Assembly (NCBI GenBank): GCA_002371705.1
Contig: DFGI01000066.1
Span: 4,472 to 68,471, forward strand
Direction of reading: 5' to 3'
DNA from: Bacteroidales bacterium UBA3754
GTDB lineage: Bacteria > Bacteroidota > Bacteroidia > Bacteroidales > UBA1715
DNA length: 64,000 bases
The notes beneath the pieces are model-generated. The model worked only from the letters and a program-made list of their open reading frames with translations. It had not been told where the DNA came from and ran no database searches. Within the stretch, counting starts at the first letter, position 1, and the number at the start of each line of letters is the position of its first letter. Below are positions 47,098 through 57,495 of the stretch, in pieces. A program made the translations under genes and the position numbers.

Positions 47098-47913
47098 ATG
47101 AAAAAAGCAAGAGTACTGTATGTCACCCAAGAAATGGCGAAGTATCTTCCCGACACGGAAATGTCGTTGAAGAGCCGCTATCTTCCGCAATATATTCAGG
47201 AAAAAGGCAAGGAAATACGCTGCTTTATGCCTCGTTATGGATTGGTGAACGAACGTAGGAATCAGTTACATGAGGTGATTCGCTTGTCAGGTATGAATTT
47301 GATAATCGATGACACCGACCATCCTTTGATTATAAAAGTTGCTTCTATTCAGCAAGCTCGTTTACAAGTATATTTTATTGATAATGACGAGTTTTTCCGT
47401 CGTAAAGCTTTGTTTGTTGACGAAAAAGGAAAAGAATTCGATGACAACGAAGATAGAATGATATTTTTTGCGCGGGGCGTTTTGGAAACTGTGAAAAAAC
47501 TTCGTTGGGCTCCTGATATTGTTCATTGCCACGGTTGGTTCACTTCGCTGTTGCCATTGTATTTGAAGAAAACTTTTTACGAAGACCCGTTGTTTGCGAA
47601 CGCAAAGGTTGTGTATTCGTTGTACAATCAGAAATTTGAAACACCGTTTTCTAAAGATTTTGCAAATAAAATACATTTTGATGGTATCACTTCCGAAGAT
47701 ATTGTTTCGATAAAGGATAAGGCTGATTGGTTGAGCCTCAATAAATTAGCCATTGACCAGTCGGAGGGCGTTGTGCTTGGTGAGGAAAATGTTGATGCTG
47801 AATTGTTGCAATATTGTAAGGACAAAAACAAGATTATTCTACCATATCAAGGTCAAGAAAATTATGTGGATGCATATTCCGATTTTTACGATAGTTTCTT
47901 ACCTGACGAATAA
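47098..47913 (+). CDS. Short Bacteroidota-type glycogen/starch synthase-like protein (GT5 N-terminal domain only)
   Basis: 271 aa: VLYVTQEM.KYLP...FMPRYG...HCHGWFTSL, characteristic of the N-terminal Glyco_transf_5 domain. Confidence 0.7.
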   Translation: MKKARVLYVTQEMAKYLPDTEMSLKSRYLPQYIQEKGKEIRCFMPRYGLVNERRNQLHEVIRLSGMNLIIDDTDHPLIIKVASIQQARLQVYFIDNDEFFRRKALFVDEKGKEFDDNEDRMIFFARGVLETVKKLRWAPDIVHCHGWFTSLLPLYLKKTFYEDPLFANAKVVYSLYNQKFETPFSKDFANKIHFDGITSEDIVSIKDKADWLSLNKLAIDQSEGVVLGEENVDAELLQYCKDKNKIILPYQGQENYVDAYSDFYDSFLPDE

Positions 47914-47917
47914 TATT

Positions 47918-49195
47918 ATGAATATAAAAACTTGTGTATTAGGGCTAATTTGTTGCCTTTCAATCATTTTCTCATCTTGCAAAAAAGAAGATCAGATAAT
48001 TGGTATTGATGTACTTGAACCATCGGATTTGCTGACAACATACGTTGATAGTGTTTCTACAACTATTTCATTTTCAACGCTGAAGGACGACAGCATACGT
48101 TCAGAATACATTACCTATATGGTTGGCGAAAATTACGATGAATTGTTTGGCAAATCGCGCGCTGGCTATGCCTCTCGAATGTATTTACAAGGAATGATGG
48201 GCGACTTGACTGGTTTTAAACTCGATTCGGTGTGCCTGCGTCTTTCTAAATCGGCGAAATATGCGTATGGCGACACAACTGTGGCGCAAACATTTTCGGT
48301 GTATGAATTGTTACAGGATATAACGGTTGACGATTGCGCAAAATACAATCAGAAAGCTGAAATGCCATCGTTCGTCGCTAACAAGAAAAAGGTTTTTGAT
48401 GTGGATTTCCCTGCATATTGCGACACGACTTCTTCCTATGTGTTCAAATTCGATGCTGAATATGCAAATGATTTGTATTCCAGATTCTTACAGCATTATG
48501 ACACTGATACAACTCTTAAATATTTTGATTCTTTGTTTATCAAGCAATTCAAGGGATTGTATATCACAACAAAAGATGACCAATTTAATCAGGTTCAGGC
48601 AGTTATAACGCATTGTGTGCCAGAAATCAATTTTTATATTTCGGGTAACGACACAACCCAAAAGTTGGTGCTTGCACCGTCGCCGCAGGCTTATACATCA
48701 CCGGTTTCGAATGACCCAAGTCAAATTTATCTTCAGGCAATCAACATATTTGAACACGAATATCCGTCTGAAATCGCTTCGGCTATCGGAACGAATGCCA
48801 CGCAATCATACGTGCAGGGTATGGTCGGCTTGAAAACAAAATTAACGTTGGACGGATTGGAAACGTGGCGCGACAGTTTGGTGGCAATTAATATCGCGAA
48901 ATTGTCTATCCCGCTGAAGTCGCGGGATTCGTGGTCGGAATATTTGCCTTTGAACCTGCGTATTTATGATGCGAAACGGAACATGGTGTTTTCTACTATG
49001 TCAACCGTTGCCGACAGTTCTAAGTTCGAATTTAACGTTCATCCGTTCCTTGTGCAGTTGTTTAATAATTCATCGAAGGCTGAAACGTATGAATATGAAG
49101 TGGTTGTGCCTGAAAATAACACGTACAACAATGCGTTTGTGCTCGATGGAACACAGACGGATAAATTGAAATTGGTAATTACTTACACGAAATAG
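47918..49195 (+). CDS. DUF4270-like lipoprotein
   Basis: A start at MNIKTCVLGLICCLSIIFSSC gives a lipobox. As I recall, this is the conserved position of DUF4270 in Bacteroidales, between the short glycogen synthase and glmS. The longer 47753 ORF overlaps the preceding gene in another frame. Confidence 0.5.
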   Translation: MNIKTCVLGLICCLSIIFSSCKKEDQIIGIDVLEPSDLLTTYVDSVSTTISFSTLKDDSIRSEYITYMVGENYDELFGKSRAGYASRMYLQGMMGDLTGFKLDSVCLRLSKSAKYAYGDTTVAQTFSVYELLQDITVDDCAKYNQKAEMPSFVANKKKVFDVDFPAYCDTTSSYVFKFDAEYANDLYSRFLQHYDTDTTLKYFDSLFIKQFKGLYITTKDDQFNQVQAVITHCVPEINFYISGNDTTQKLVLAPSPQAYTSPVSNDPSQIYLQAINIFEHEYPSEIASAIGTNATQSYVQGMVGLKTKLTLDGLETWRDSLVAINIAKLSIPLKSRDSWSEYLPLNLRIYDAKRNMVFSTMSTVADSSKFEFNVHPFLVQLFNNSSKAETYEYEVVVPENNTYNNAFVLDGTQTDKLKLVITYTK

Positions 49196-49197
49196 TT

Positions 49198-51042
49198 ATG
49201 TGTGGAATAGTTGGTTATATCGGAAGCAAGAATGCCTATCCTATAATTATGACAGGCCTTAAACGCTTGGAATATCGTGGATATGATTCGGCGGGAATTG
49301 CATTGGTTCAAGGCGATAAAACAACGGTGTATAAAAAACAAGGCAAGGTCGCTGATTTGGAATCGTACCTTTCTGGTAAAAATACCGAAGGATGTATTGG
49401 TATGGGACACACCCGTTGGGCAACGCATGGTGAACCTAACGATGTGAACGCCCATCCGCACACATCTATGAATGGCAAATTCACAGTGATTCACAATGGT
49501 ATTATTGAGAATTATAATGCCTTGAAAAAATTGCTCGTCGAGAAAAAATATTCATTCAAAAGTGAAACGGATACAGAGGTTATTGCCAATTATATTGAAT
49601 ATATTTATCAAAAAGGAAATGGAAAAGTTTCCGCCGAAGTGGCTGTGCGTCTTGCTTTGCTTGATGTTCAGGGCGCATACGGATTGGTAGTGATTTGTGC
49701 CGACGAACAGGATAGGTTGATTGTCGCTCGCAAGGGTAGTCCGCTTGTGATTGGCGTGGGCGACGGAGAATATTTCGTTGCTTCGGATGCAACTCCGATT
49801 GTGGAGCATACTAAACGAATCATTTATCTGAATGATTCGGAAATGGCTACAATCACGAAAAATGAATTGTCGCTGAAAACAATAAAAAATGATACCTTAA
49901 CTCCTGTAATTCAGGAACTTGAACTCGATATAGAGGGAATTGAAAAAGGTGGCTACGACCATTTTATGTTGAAGGAAATTTTTGAGCAGCCAAGTGCGAT
50001 TATGGACACGTTCCGTGGTCGTGCGCAAAAAAATCCTCCACATGTGTTCCTTGGCGGCTTGTATAACGTATTCGAGAAATTCGACAGCGCCGACCGTATA
50101 ATCATTGTGGCTTGTGGTACTTCGTGGCACGCAGGTTTGGTTGGCGAATATCTGATAGAGGAATATGCACGGATTCCTGTTGAGGTTGAATATGCATCGG
50201 AATTCCGCTACCGTAATCCGATTATAAATGAAAAAGATGTGGTGATTGCCATCAGCCAAAGTGGCGAAACAGCCGACACGCTTGCGGCAATTCGTCTTGC
50301 GAAGGAAGCAAAGGCTACGGTTGTGGGAATCTGCAACGTGGTTGGTTCAAGCATTCCACGCGAAACTGACGCTGGTGTTTATACCCACGCGGGACCAGAA
50401 ATCGGTGTTGCTTCCACAAAATCGTTCACCACGCAGGTTACTGTGTTGACTATGATGGCGTTGATGTTGGGAAAACGTCGAAATACTATTCCTGATGATG
50501 TGTATAAGAAACTGATTTCCGAGTTGTACAAAATTCCATCAAAAGTTGAGGATATTCTTACGCACATTGAGGAATACAAGAAAATTGCCGAAGCATACAA
50601 AGATGCCCGCAATTTCATTTATTTAGGTCGAAGCTACTTGTATCCTGTGGCACTGGAAGGCGCTTTGAAACTGAAGGAAATTTCGTATATCCATGCGGAA
50701 GGATATCCTGCGGCAGAAATGAAACATGGTCCTATTGCATTGATAGACAAGAATATGCCAGTTGTTGTAATTGCAACAAAGGATAAACAATACGAAAAGG
50801 TTGTCAGCAACATTCAGGAAGTGAAGGCTCGTCAGGGAATTGTGATTGCTGTTGTAACACAAGGCGATACGGTTCTGTCGAAAATCGCCGACCACGTGAT
50901 TGAAGTGCCAGAAACATTGCCGGCATTGGCTCCGCTAACAACGGTGATTCCATTACAGGTATTGTCGTATTACATTGCGGTGATGCGCGGTTGCAATGTT
51001 GACCAACCTCGTAATTTGGCTAAATCTGTAACTGTAGAATAG
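49198..51042 (+). CDS. glmS: Glutamine--fructose-6-phosphate aminotransferase
   Basis: MCGIVGYIG N-terminal nucleophile, two SIS domains, and a C-terminal ...LAKSVTVE. Confidence 0.95.
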   Translation: MCGIVGYIGSKNAYPIIMTGLKRLEYRGYDSAGIALVQGDKTTVYKKQGKVADLESYLSGKNTEGCIGMGHTRWATHGEPNDVNAHPHTSMNGKFTVIHNGIIENYNALKKLLVEKKYSFKSETDTEVIANYIEYIYQKGNGKVSAEVAVRLALLDVQGAYGLVVICADEQDRLIVARKGSPLVIGVGDGEYFVASDATPIVEHTKRIIYLNDSEMATITKNELSLKTIKNDTLTPVIQELELDIEGIEKGGYDHFMLKEIFEQPSAIMDTFRGRAQKNPPHVFLGGLYNVFEKFDSADRIIIVACGTSWHAGLVGEYLIEEYARIPVEVEYASEFRYRNPIINEKDVVIAISQSGETADTLAAIRLAKEAKATVVGICNVVGSSIPRETDAGVYTHAGPEIGVASTKSFTTQVTVLTMMALMLGKRRNTIPDDVYKKLISELYKIPSKVEDILTHIEEYKKIAEAYKDARNFIYLGRSYLYPVALEGALKLKEISYIHAEGYPAAEMKHGPIALIDKNMPVVVIATKDKQYEKVVSNIQEVKARQGIVIAVVTQGDTVLSKIADHVIEVPETLPALAPLTTVIPLQVLSYYIAVMRGCNVDQPRNLAKSVTVE

Positions 51043-52061
51043 TGCCGACGGTCAATAAAATACTTGTATTCCGCCTCAGCTCGATAGGCGACATAGTGCT
51101 TACCACGGCATTGTTACGATGTTTGCGGAATACGTTCCCCGATGCACAGATTGATTTTGTCGTTAAAAAACAATTTGCCGACATTCTGCGGTGTGTGCCA
51201 TTTGTGTCGAATGTGGTAGAACTTGACTCCAAAAAAGGTTTTTCCGAATTGCTTGCGATTCGTAACCAGTTAAGAAACGAGCAATACGATGTTGCGTTGG
51301 ACATTCACAAGAATTGGAGAAGTCTGTTTGTGTGCAACACAATTGGGGCAAAACAAGTTTTTCGGTTCAATAAACACGTGTTCCGCCGTTGGGTTTTGAC
51401 AACATTTCATAAGGATATTTACAACGAAGTTCGTCCTGTGTATCTGCGGTTTATTGACGCGGCGAAGCAGATTGGCGTTGCTCCCGATGGAAAATATACC
51501 GAATTGGTTGTCCCTGAACAACTGGGCAAATCAATGAAAGATATTTTCGTTCAAGCAAATATTTCTTTCGAAAAACGGATAATTGCTTTGTGTCCTGGGG
51601 CAAGTTTTTCCAACAAACAATGGCAGGTTGAAAAGTTTCAGCAACTTGCTAAACGTATTGTTTTGGACTTTGACGCACAAGTGATTTTGCTTGGCGGAAA
51701 GAAAGAATCAGAAATGTGCGAATCAATTGCCAACGAAAGAGGTGCCGTAAGTTTTGCGGGAAAATTCGATTTGAGTCAGTCAATTGCCGCGCTGAGCATG
51801 GTTTCCTTGACTGTTGCGAACGATACGGGAATGTTGCACGTTTCCGAAGCACTTGGCGTTCCCGTGGTTGGCATTTATGGCCCGACGGCACGACAATTCG
51901 GCTACTTCCCGATTTTGCCGCAGAGTAAGGTTGCCCAAATAGATAATCTGCCGTGTCGGCCGTGTACGAAAATGGGAATGAACCATTGCCCGAAAAAACA
52001 TTTTTCGTGTATGAACGACATTTCCGTTGATATGGTTCTTGCGTTGATGCGAGGAATGTAA
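51042..52061 (+). CDS. Glycosyltransferase family 9 (heptosyltransferase-like)
   Basis: ILVFRLSSIGDIVLTT, ...GPGASFSNKQW-type segment (CPGASFSNKQW), NDTGMLH, VVGIYGPT. The GTG start overlaps the glmS stop by 1 nt. Confidence 0.75.
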   Translation: MPTVNKILVFRLSSIGDIVLTTALLRCLRNTFPDAQIDFVVKKQFADILRCVPFVSNVVELDSKKGFSELLAIRNQLRNEQYDVALDIHKNWRSLFVCNTIGAKQVFRFNKHVFRRWVLTTFHKDIYNEVRPVYLRFIDAAKQIGVAPDGKYTELVVPEQLGKSMKDIFVQANISFEKRIIALCPGASFSNKQWQVEKFQQLAKRIVLDFDAQVILLGGKKESEMCESIANERGAVSFAGKFDLSQSIAALSMVSLTVANDTGMLHVSEALGVPVVGIYGPTARQFGYFPILPQSKVAQIDNLPCRPCTKMGMNHCPKKHFSCMNDISVDMVLALMRGM

Positions 52062-52071
52062 ATTGTTGACA

Positions 52072-53103
52072 ATGAACGATAATCTCGACATAGAAGAACA
52101 AGAATTATTTGAGCATTATCGCTATGTTGCCGATAAGGGACAATCTCTGTTGCGCGTCGATAAGTTCTTGAACGACAGGATTGAAGGCATTTCCCGAACA
52201 AAAATTCAGGAAGCTGCCGATGGTGGATATTTGTTTGCAAACGGAAATCCTATCAAGGCAAATTACAAAGTTAAGCCTAACGATGTGATTACCATTGAGT
52301 TTGAAACGCCAAAGCAACAACTGCAAATCATTCCCGAAGATATTCCGCTCAATATTGTGTATGAAGACGACCAACTGATGGTGATTAACAAGAAACCCGG
52401 AATGGTCGTTCATCCCGGCTGTGGGAATTATACAGGCACGATGGTCAACGCGATTGCGTGGCATCTTAAAGGAAACATACAATTCGAAGCAAACGACCCT
52501 CGTCCCGGACTCGTGCATAGAATCGATAAAGACACCTCGGGATTGCTCGTGGTGGCAAAAAACGAGCAGGCAAAGTGTTTTCTTGCCGACCAATTTTTTC
52601 ATAAAACCAGTCAACGTACGTACGTGGCGGTAACGTGGGGCGTGCCGAAGGAACCAGAAGGAACTATTTCAGGTTATATTGGCAGAAGTCTGAAAGATAG
52701 GAAAGTGATGGCGCTGTTTCCCGACGACACACACGGGAAATGGTCGGTTACACATTATAAAGTTTTGGAGGATTTAGGCTACGTGTCGGTTGTGCAGTGC
52801 AATCTCGAAACGGGACGCACGCACCAAATCCGTTGCCATTTTAAGTCAATTGGATTGCCGCTGTTCAACGACGAAACTTACGGTGGAAATCAGATAATTC
52901 GAGGAACCACGTTTACAAAATACAAGCAGTTTGTGGAAAATTGTTTTGCCATCTGTCCACGACAGGCGTTGCACGCAAAAACACTCGGTTTTACGCATCC
53001 GACGACTGGAAAATTTATGCAGTTCGATTCTGATTTGCCTGCCGATATGACAGCCTTAATTGAAAAGTGGCGAAATTATGGAGCTGGGCACAACACCATT
53101 TGA
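52072..53103 (+). CDS. rluD: RluA/RluD-family 23S rRNA pseudouridine synthase
   Basis: An S4-like N-terminal domain (RVDKFL), the catalytic motif HRIDKDTSGLLVVAK, and ...GRTHQIR.H. Confidence 0.85.
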   Translation: MNDNLDIEEQELFEHYRYVADKGQSLLRVDKFLNDRIEGISRTKIQEAADGGYLFANGNPIKANYKVKPNDVITIEFETPKQQLQIIPEDIPLNIVYEDDQLMVINKKPGMVVHPGCGNYTGTMVNAIAWHLKGNIQFEANDPRPGLVHRIDKDTSGLLVVAKNEQAKCFLADQFFHKTSQRTYVAVTWGVPKEPEGTISGYIGRSLKDRKVMALFPDDTHGKWSVTHYKVLEDLGYVSVVQCNLETGRTHQIRCHFKSIGLPLFNDETYGGNQIIRGTTFTKYKQFVENCFAICPRQALHAKTLGFTHPTTGKFMQFDSDLPADMTALIEKWRNYGAGHNTI

Positions 53104-53268
53104 TTTGTACTTTTTTTAAGGATACATAGATTTTTATTGCAAAAAGATGATGAATCGCTTGTTGGAATTATCCCAAATCTGATTTCTCAAATCATACATC
53201 TTTTCACCCCGAGTAAAACGCTGAACGAAAAATTTTCATTTTTTTCTGTCTGTTACAAATCTTTTTGG

Positions 53269-53276
53269 TACTTTTG
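53269..53276 (+). promoter_or_regulatory. -7 box (TACTTTTG) for the TPR/PorE-like operon
   Basis: Exact match 30 nt upstream of the ATG at 53306. Confidence 0.45.
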
Positions 53277-53305
53277 GGTGGATTTTTGAACTAAATTTAA
53301 AAGCA

Positions 53306-54361
53306 ATGAGAAAAACATTTTTGATGGTCGGTGTTTTCCTATCGGCAATGCTTAGCGTATTTGCACAAAACGAGATGGAAGTTACTACCGTGGTTGTGGT
53401 GGAAAACCAAGAAGCGGAACTTGCTTATAATAAAGGTATAAGCTTTATGGACACCAAACAGTATCAGGAGGCTATCGCTCAATTTGAGGAAGCTATCCGA
53501 ATTAATCCAGCTTTTCGCCAAGCGTATGTGAATTTGGGAAGCGCTAAGGCGGCATTGAAGGATTATGATGGAGCTGTATTCGCTTTCGAACAGTCGTTGG
53601 AACTCGATTCCACACAGGGCCAGGTTTGGTATTCAAGAGGTTTGGCTTTGTATAATAAGAATGACTACCGCCAATCGTATGAATCAATGCAGAGTGCAGT
53701 GAGAAATGGCTACCGTACTGCGGAAACATATTATTATGCTGGTGTGGATTTGTTTTTCTTGAAAGAATATGAAGCGGCTATCACACAATATACCAATGCT
53801 ATAAAAACTGATTTGTCGTATGCCTATGCGTACAACGACCGTGGTAGTTGCTACAGAATGCTCGGAAAATACAACGAAGCTATCCGCGACTATGAAATTG
53901 CGGCAAATTACGACCCGCAGTTGGCGAATATTTACGATAATCTTGGCTCTGCTTTGGTTAAAAAAGGTGATTTGCAGGCTGCTATCAAAAATTTCAATCT
54001 CGCAATTGCTAAGAAACCTGATTTTTATGCCGCATACAATAATAGAGGTGAGGCCTATTTCTTACAAGGCGATATAAAATCCGCTTTTAATGATTTTAAG
54101 AAAGCAACGGAGTTGAATAAACAATATGCGTTGGCTTACAATAACTTAGGCGTTGTGTATGCAAGTCAGAAAAAATACGAGGAAGCGTTGAAAATGTACG
54201 CAAATGCAATAAAAATCAATCCAAATTTCGGAATGGCATACTACCATCAGGCTGCGGCACAGGAAATGCTCCGCCAGTTTGATGAATGCTGTATGTCGCT
54301 TGTGAAAGCCCGCGAACTTGGTGTTGATGTTCCTGCTGCGCTAACGTCGAATTGTAATTAA
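53306..54361 (+). CDS. Secreted tetratricopeptide-repeat protein
   Basis: Signal peptide, then about 8 tandem 34-aa TPR units (A..Y...G......Y..A...F..A....P). Confidence 0.8.
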   Translation: MRKTFLMVGVFLSAMLSVFAQNEMEVTTVVVVENQEAELAYNKGISFMDTKQYQEAIAQFEEAIRINPAFRQAYVNLGSAKAALKDYDGAVFAFEQSLELDSTQGQVWYSRGLALYNKNDYRQSYESMQSAVRNGYRTAETYYYAGVDLFFLKEYEAAITQYTNAIKTDLSYAYAYNDRGSCYRMLGKYNEAIRDYEIAANYDPQLANIYDNLGSALVKKGDLQAAIKNFNLAIAKKPDFYAAYNNRGEAYFLQGDIKSAFNDFKKATELNKQYALAYNNLGVVYASQKKYEEALKMYANAIKINPNFGMAYYHQAAAQEMLRQFDECCMSLVKARELGVDVPAALTSNCN

Positions 54362-54387
54362 TGTTTAACTTAGAATATCGTGCTGAA

Positions 54388-56457
54388 ATGAAAAATATAG
54401 TAAAATATACACAAGTGCTTGGCTTATTGTTGATTGCGTCACTCGCATTCGGACAAAACAAGGAATTCAACAAGAAAGATTGCCCCGATGTTAAGGGCTT
54501 GAAAGAAGCATTGAAAAACATTGACAGTGGAGATGGATATACTGAGTTGGGCGACAATAAAACTGCTTTGTCGTTTTATTTGAAAGCGCAGGAATTCAAT
54601 CCGAACAACGCTGATTTGAATTATAAAATCGGAAAATGTTATTGGTTGCTCAATAAACCTGCTGAATCAATACCATATTTTACCAAGGCTGTTGAATTGG
54701 ACCCAGTCGGAGCTGGACATGCATACGGTGTGCTGGGTATGGCATATCAGGCCACATATCAGTTCGACGAAGCTATCAGCGCATACCAAAAGGCACGCGC
54801 CCGTTTGACTCCTGACGAGAAAAAAACTAAAGGTAACGATTTGGCCGAACATATTGACCAATGTAACGTGGGAAAACGTTTGATTGCTGATTCCGCCAGA
54901 GTGTTTATTGATAATATGGGGGCTGCAATCAACTCGAAATATACTGATTATGCGCCAATTATCTCTGCTGACCAATCAATGTTGATTTTCACGTCAACGC
55001 GTGACAATAAATACACAAAAAAGGCTTTCGAGGATGGTGAATACGATGAAAACCTTTGGGTTTCATATAGAAATGGTTCCACATGGTCGCAGGCTGTTGA
55101 TATGGGTGCCCCAATTAATACAAAGGAAAATGATGCAACGATTGGTTTGTCGGCTGATGGTCAAAAATTGTTCTTGTTTTATGGCGAAAAAGGCGGTGAT
55201 ATAAAGTATTCTGAGAAAAAAGGCGACGCATGGTCGAAGCCAGAACTCTTCGATGCTATTAATTCCCCGAATTCACACGAGAACTCGGCTTGCTTCTCGT
55301 ATGATGGACGGACGGTATATTTTTCGAGCACCAACAACCAACGTGTTCAAAACTATGGTGAACATGATATTTTTAAATGTGAGATGAATGAAAAAGGCAA
55401 ATGGGGAAAACCTGTAAACCTTGGTCCAATTATCAATACAGATAAAGATGAAGTGGGTGTGTTTATGCATCCTGATGGCCGTACCTTGTATTTCGCTTCA
55501 AACGGACACGAAACTATGGGTGGATATGATATTTTTTACACTGTGATGCAGGATGACAGCTCGTGGTCGGAACCGAAAAATATTGGATATCCAATAAATA
55601 CTCCTGGTGATGAACAGTTCTTGGTGGTTGACGCGAGTGGTATGCACGCATATTATTCTTCACAACGCGCTGGTGGTTTTGGTGGACTTGATGTGTATAT
55701 GATTACATTCCTTGGTCCAGAAAAGAAATTGAATATGACGACGGAAAATAATTTGATAGCTGTTCGGGCAAATCCAATTCAACAAGAGGTTGTTATGGAA
55801 AAATCGGTTGAAATCAAAACTGCCCGCTTGACAGTGGTGAAAGGTGTGGTTTCAGATGCATTCGCCGACCCCAAAAAATATCTTGACGCTCAAATTGAAA
55901 TTACCGACAACTCAACAGGTAAAGTGTTGTTTACCAACAATGCAAACGCTACGACAGGTAAATTCTTGATCCCGTTGCCATCAGGTAAAAACTACGGTAT
56001 TGCGGTTAAGAAAGATGGCTATTTGTTCCATTCAGAAAACTTTGATGTGCCGCAGGCTACTGACTACCAGGAGATTATACTTGATATTAAGTTGATGCCT
56101 GTTGCCAAAGATTCTAAGATTGTATTGCGTAACGTATTCTTCGACACGGATAAGTCAACCTTGAAACCAATGTCGTACACAGAATTGGATAAATTGGTCG
56201 AAATTTTGAACAATAATCCGAAAATGAAAATTGAAATTGGTGGTCATACCGATAATGTTGGTACAAAAACGTATAACCAAAAATTGTCGCAGTCGCGTGC
56301 TGAAGCTGTCGTGAACTACTTGATTTCAAAAAATATTTCCAAAGACCGCTTGGATTTCAAAGGTTATGGAATGGACGAACCGATTGCATCGAACGATACT
56401 GCTGACGGGCGTGCGCAAAACCGTCGTGTGGAATTTAAGATTATAAGCAACGAATAG
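54388..56457 (+). CDS. PorE-like outer-membrane-associated protein (TPR + PD40/WD40-like beta-propeller + CarboxypepD_reg-like + OmpA_C)
   Basis: Signal peptide from MKNIVKYTQVLGLLLIASLAFGQ and N-terminal TPRs. Five TolB-like blades follow (YAPIISADQSMLIFTS, GLSADGQKLFLFY, ACFSYDGRTVYFSS, VFMHPDGRTLYFAS, LVVDASGMHAYYSS). Next is a CRD-like beta-sandwich, then an OmpA_C domain (NVFFDTDKSTL...GGHTDNVG...NQKLSQSRAEAV...NRRVEFKI). Confidence 0.7.
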   Translation: MKNIVKYTQVLGLLLIASLAFGQNKEFNKKDCPDVKGLKEALKNIDSGDGYTELGDNKTALSFYLKAQEFNPNNADLNYKIGKCYWLLNKPAESIPYFTKAVELDPVGAGHAYGVLGMAYQATYQFDEAISAYQKARARLTPDEKKTKGNDLAEHIDQCNVGKRLIADSARVFIDNMGAAINSKYTDYAPIISADQSMLIFTSTRDNKYTKKAFEDGEYDENLWVSYRNGSTWSQAVDMGAPINTKENDATIGLSADGQKLFLFYGEKGGDIKYSEKKGDAWSKPELFDAINSPNSHENSACFSYDGRTVYFSSTNNQRVQNYGEHDIFKCEMNEKGKWGKPVNLGPIINTDKDEVGVFMHPDGRTLYFASNGHETMGGYDIFYTVMQDDSSWSEPKNIGYPINTPGDEQFLVVDASGMHAYYSSQRAGGFGGLDVYMITFLGPEKKLNMTTENNLIAVRANPIQQEVVMEKSVEIKTARLTVVKGVVSDAFADPKKYLDAQIEITDNSTGKVLFTNNANATTGKFLIPLPSGKNYGIAVKKDGYLFHSENFDVPQATDYQEIILDIKLMPVAKDSKIVLRNVFFDTDKSTLKPMSYTELDKLVEILNNNPKMKIEIGGHTDNVGTKTYNQKLSQSRAEAVVNYLISKNISKDRLDFKGYGMDEPIASNDTADGRAQNRRVEFKIISNE

Positions 56458-56471
56458 TCTCGGATACAATA

Positions 56472-56521
56472 AAATAGGGGGGATGTTTTTGCGGCTTTCC
56501 CTCTATTTTGTCGGTTTTTTT
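56472..56521 (+). terminator. Intrinsic terminator after the PorE-like gene
   Basis: AAATAGGGGGGA (56472-56483) pairs with TTCCCTCTATTT (56497-56508), including two G-U pairs, and is followed by a T-rich tract. Confidence 0.55.
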
Positions 56522-56552
56522 GTTCAAGTGTGTGACGAATAAAAAAAATACG

Positions 56553-56560
56553 TATATTTG
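56553..56560 (+). promoter_or_regulatory. -7 box (TATATTTG) for the exbB operon
   Basis: Exact match about 100 nt upstream of the ATG at 56664. The leader contains a small hairpin (ATGCGT/ACGCAT, 56586-56602) followed by CTTTTT. Confidence 0.4.
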
Positions 56561-56663
56561 GCACAATAAAAGAAGATGTGTTCGAATGCGTGAGGGACGC
56601 ATCTTTTTGCAAGTGAAACAATTAATTAAATAAATAAAAAAGAAAGTATTAATAATTAAAATT

Positions 56664-57488
56664 ATGAAGAAAGTATTAGCATTAGTGATGGCGTTGGGCG
56701 TATTCAGTCTAACATCATTTTCACAGGAAAACGTTGAAGCAAGTCAAGATTCCGCTACAACAGAGGCGGTTGCTCAAAATGACTCAACTCAAGCTCCAGA
56801 GGCAGTAGCCGAGGCAGAGACAACATCCGAGGAAGTTTTCACTCCAGAGGAAAAAGGTTTCCACCAAGTAATCAAAGAAAAATTTATTGAAGGTGGTGCT
56901 GGATTTATGGCTCTTGTGTTGATTTGCTTGATTTTGGGTGTGGCAATTTCTATAGAAAGAATTCTTTACTTGAATTTAGCAACAACAAATACAAAGAAAT
57001 TGTTGGAAAATATTGAAGCAGCTTTGGACAAAGGCGACGAGGAAGCAGCAAAGGAAATCTGCCGCAATACTCCAGGTCCAGTGGCAAGCATTTTCTACCA
57101 AGGTTTGACTCGTTTGTCAGATGGTCCGGAAATGGTTGAAAAAACAGTTGCTTCGTATGGTAGTGTTCAAATGGGATTGTTAGAAAAGGGGTTGACTTGG
57201 ATTTCATTGTGTATCGGTTTGGCACCTTCTCTTGGATTCTTGGGAACAGTTGTTGGTATGATCCAAGCATTCGATGATATCGCTATTGCAGGTGAAATGT
57301 CGCCAACAGTTGTTGCCGGTGGTATCAAGGTTGCATTGTTGACTACCGTAGGTGGTTTGATTGTAGCTATGATTTTGCAAGTGTTCTACAACTATTTGTT
57401 GTCGAAAATCGATGACCTAACAACAGATATGGAAGATTCTTCTATCTCATTGGTTGATATGGTTGTTAAGTATAACGCTAAAAAATAA
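56664..57488 (+). CDS. exbB: MotA/TolQ/ExbB-family proton channel protein
   Basis: 274 aa with a signal-like N-terminus and an acidic periplasmic stretch. The 3-TM MotA/ExbB core reads LAPSLGFLGTVVGMIQAF...GGIKVALLTTVGGL. Confidence 0.85.
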   Translation: MKKVLALVMALGVFSLTSFSQENVEASQDSATTEAVAQNDSTQAPEAVAEAETTSEEVFTPEEKGFHQVIKEKFIEGGAGFMALVLICLILGVAISIERILYLNLATTNTKKLLENIEAALDKGDEEAAKEICRNTPGPVASIFYQGLTRLSDGPEMVEKTVASYGSVQMGLLEKGLTWISLCIGLAPSLGFLGTVVGMIQAFDDIAIAGEMSPTVVAGGIKVALLTTVGGLIVAMILQVFYNYLLSKIDDLTTDMEDSSISLVDMVVKYNAKK

Positions 57489-57495
57489 TTTCCCG

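Noticed and set aside
47753-47917. N-terminal extension of the DUF4270-like ORF
   Set aside because: It overlaps the 3' end of the glycogen-synthase-like gene in another frame. The ATG at 47918 yields a canonical lipoprotein signal.
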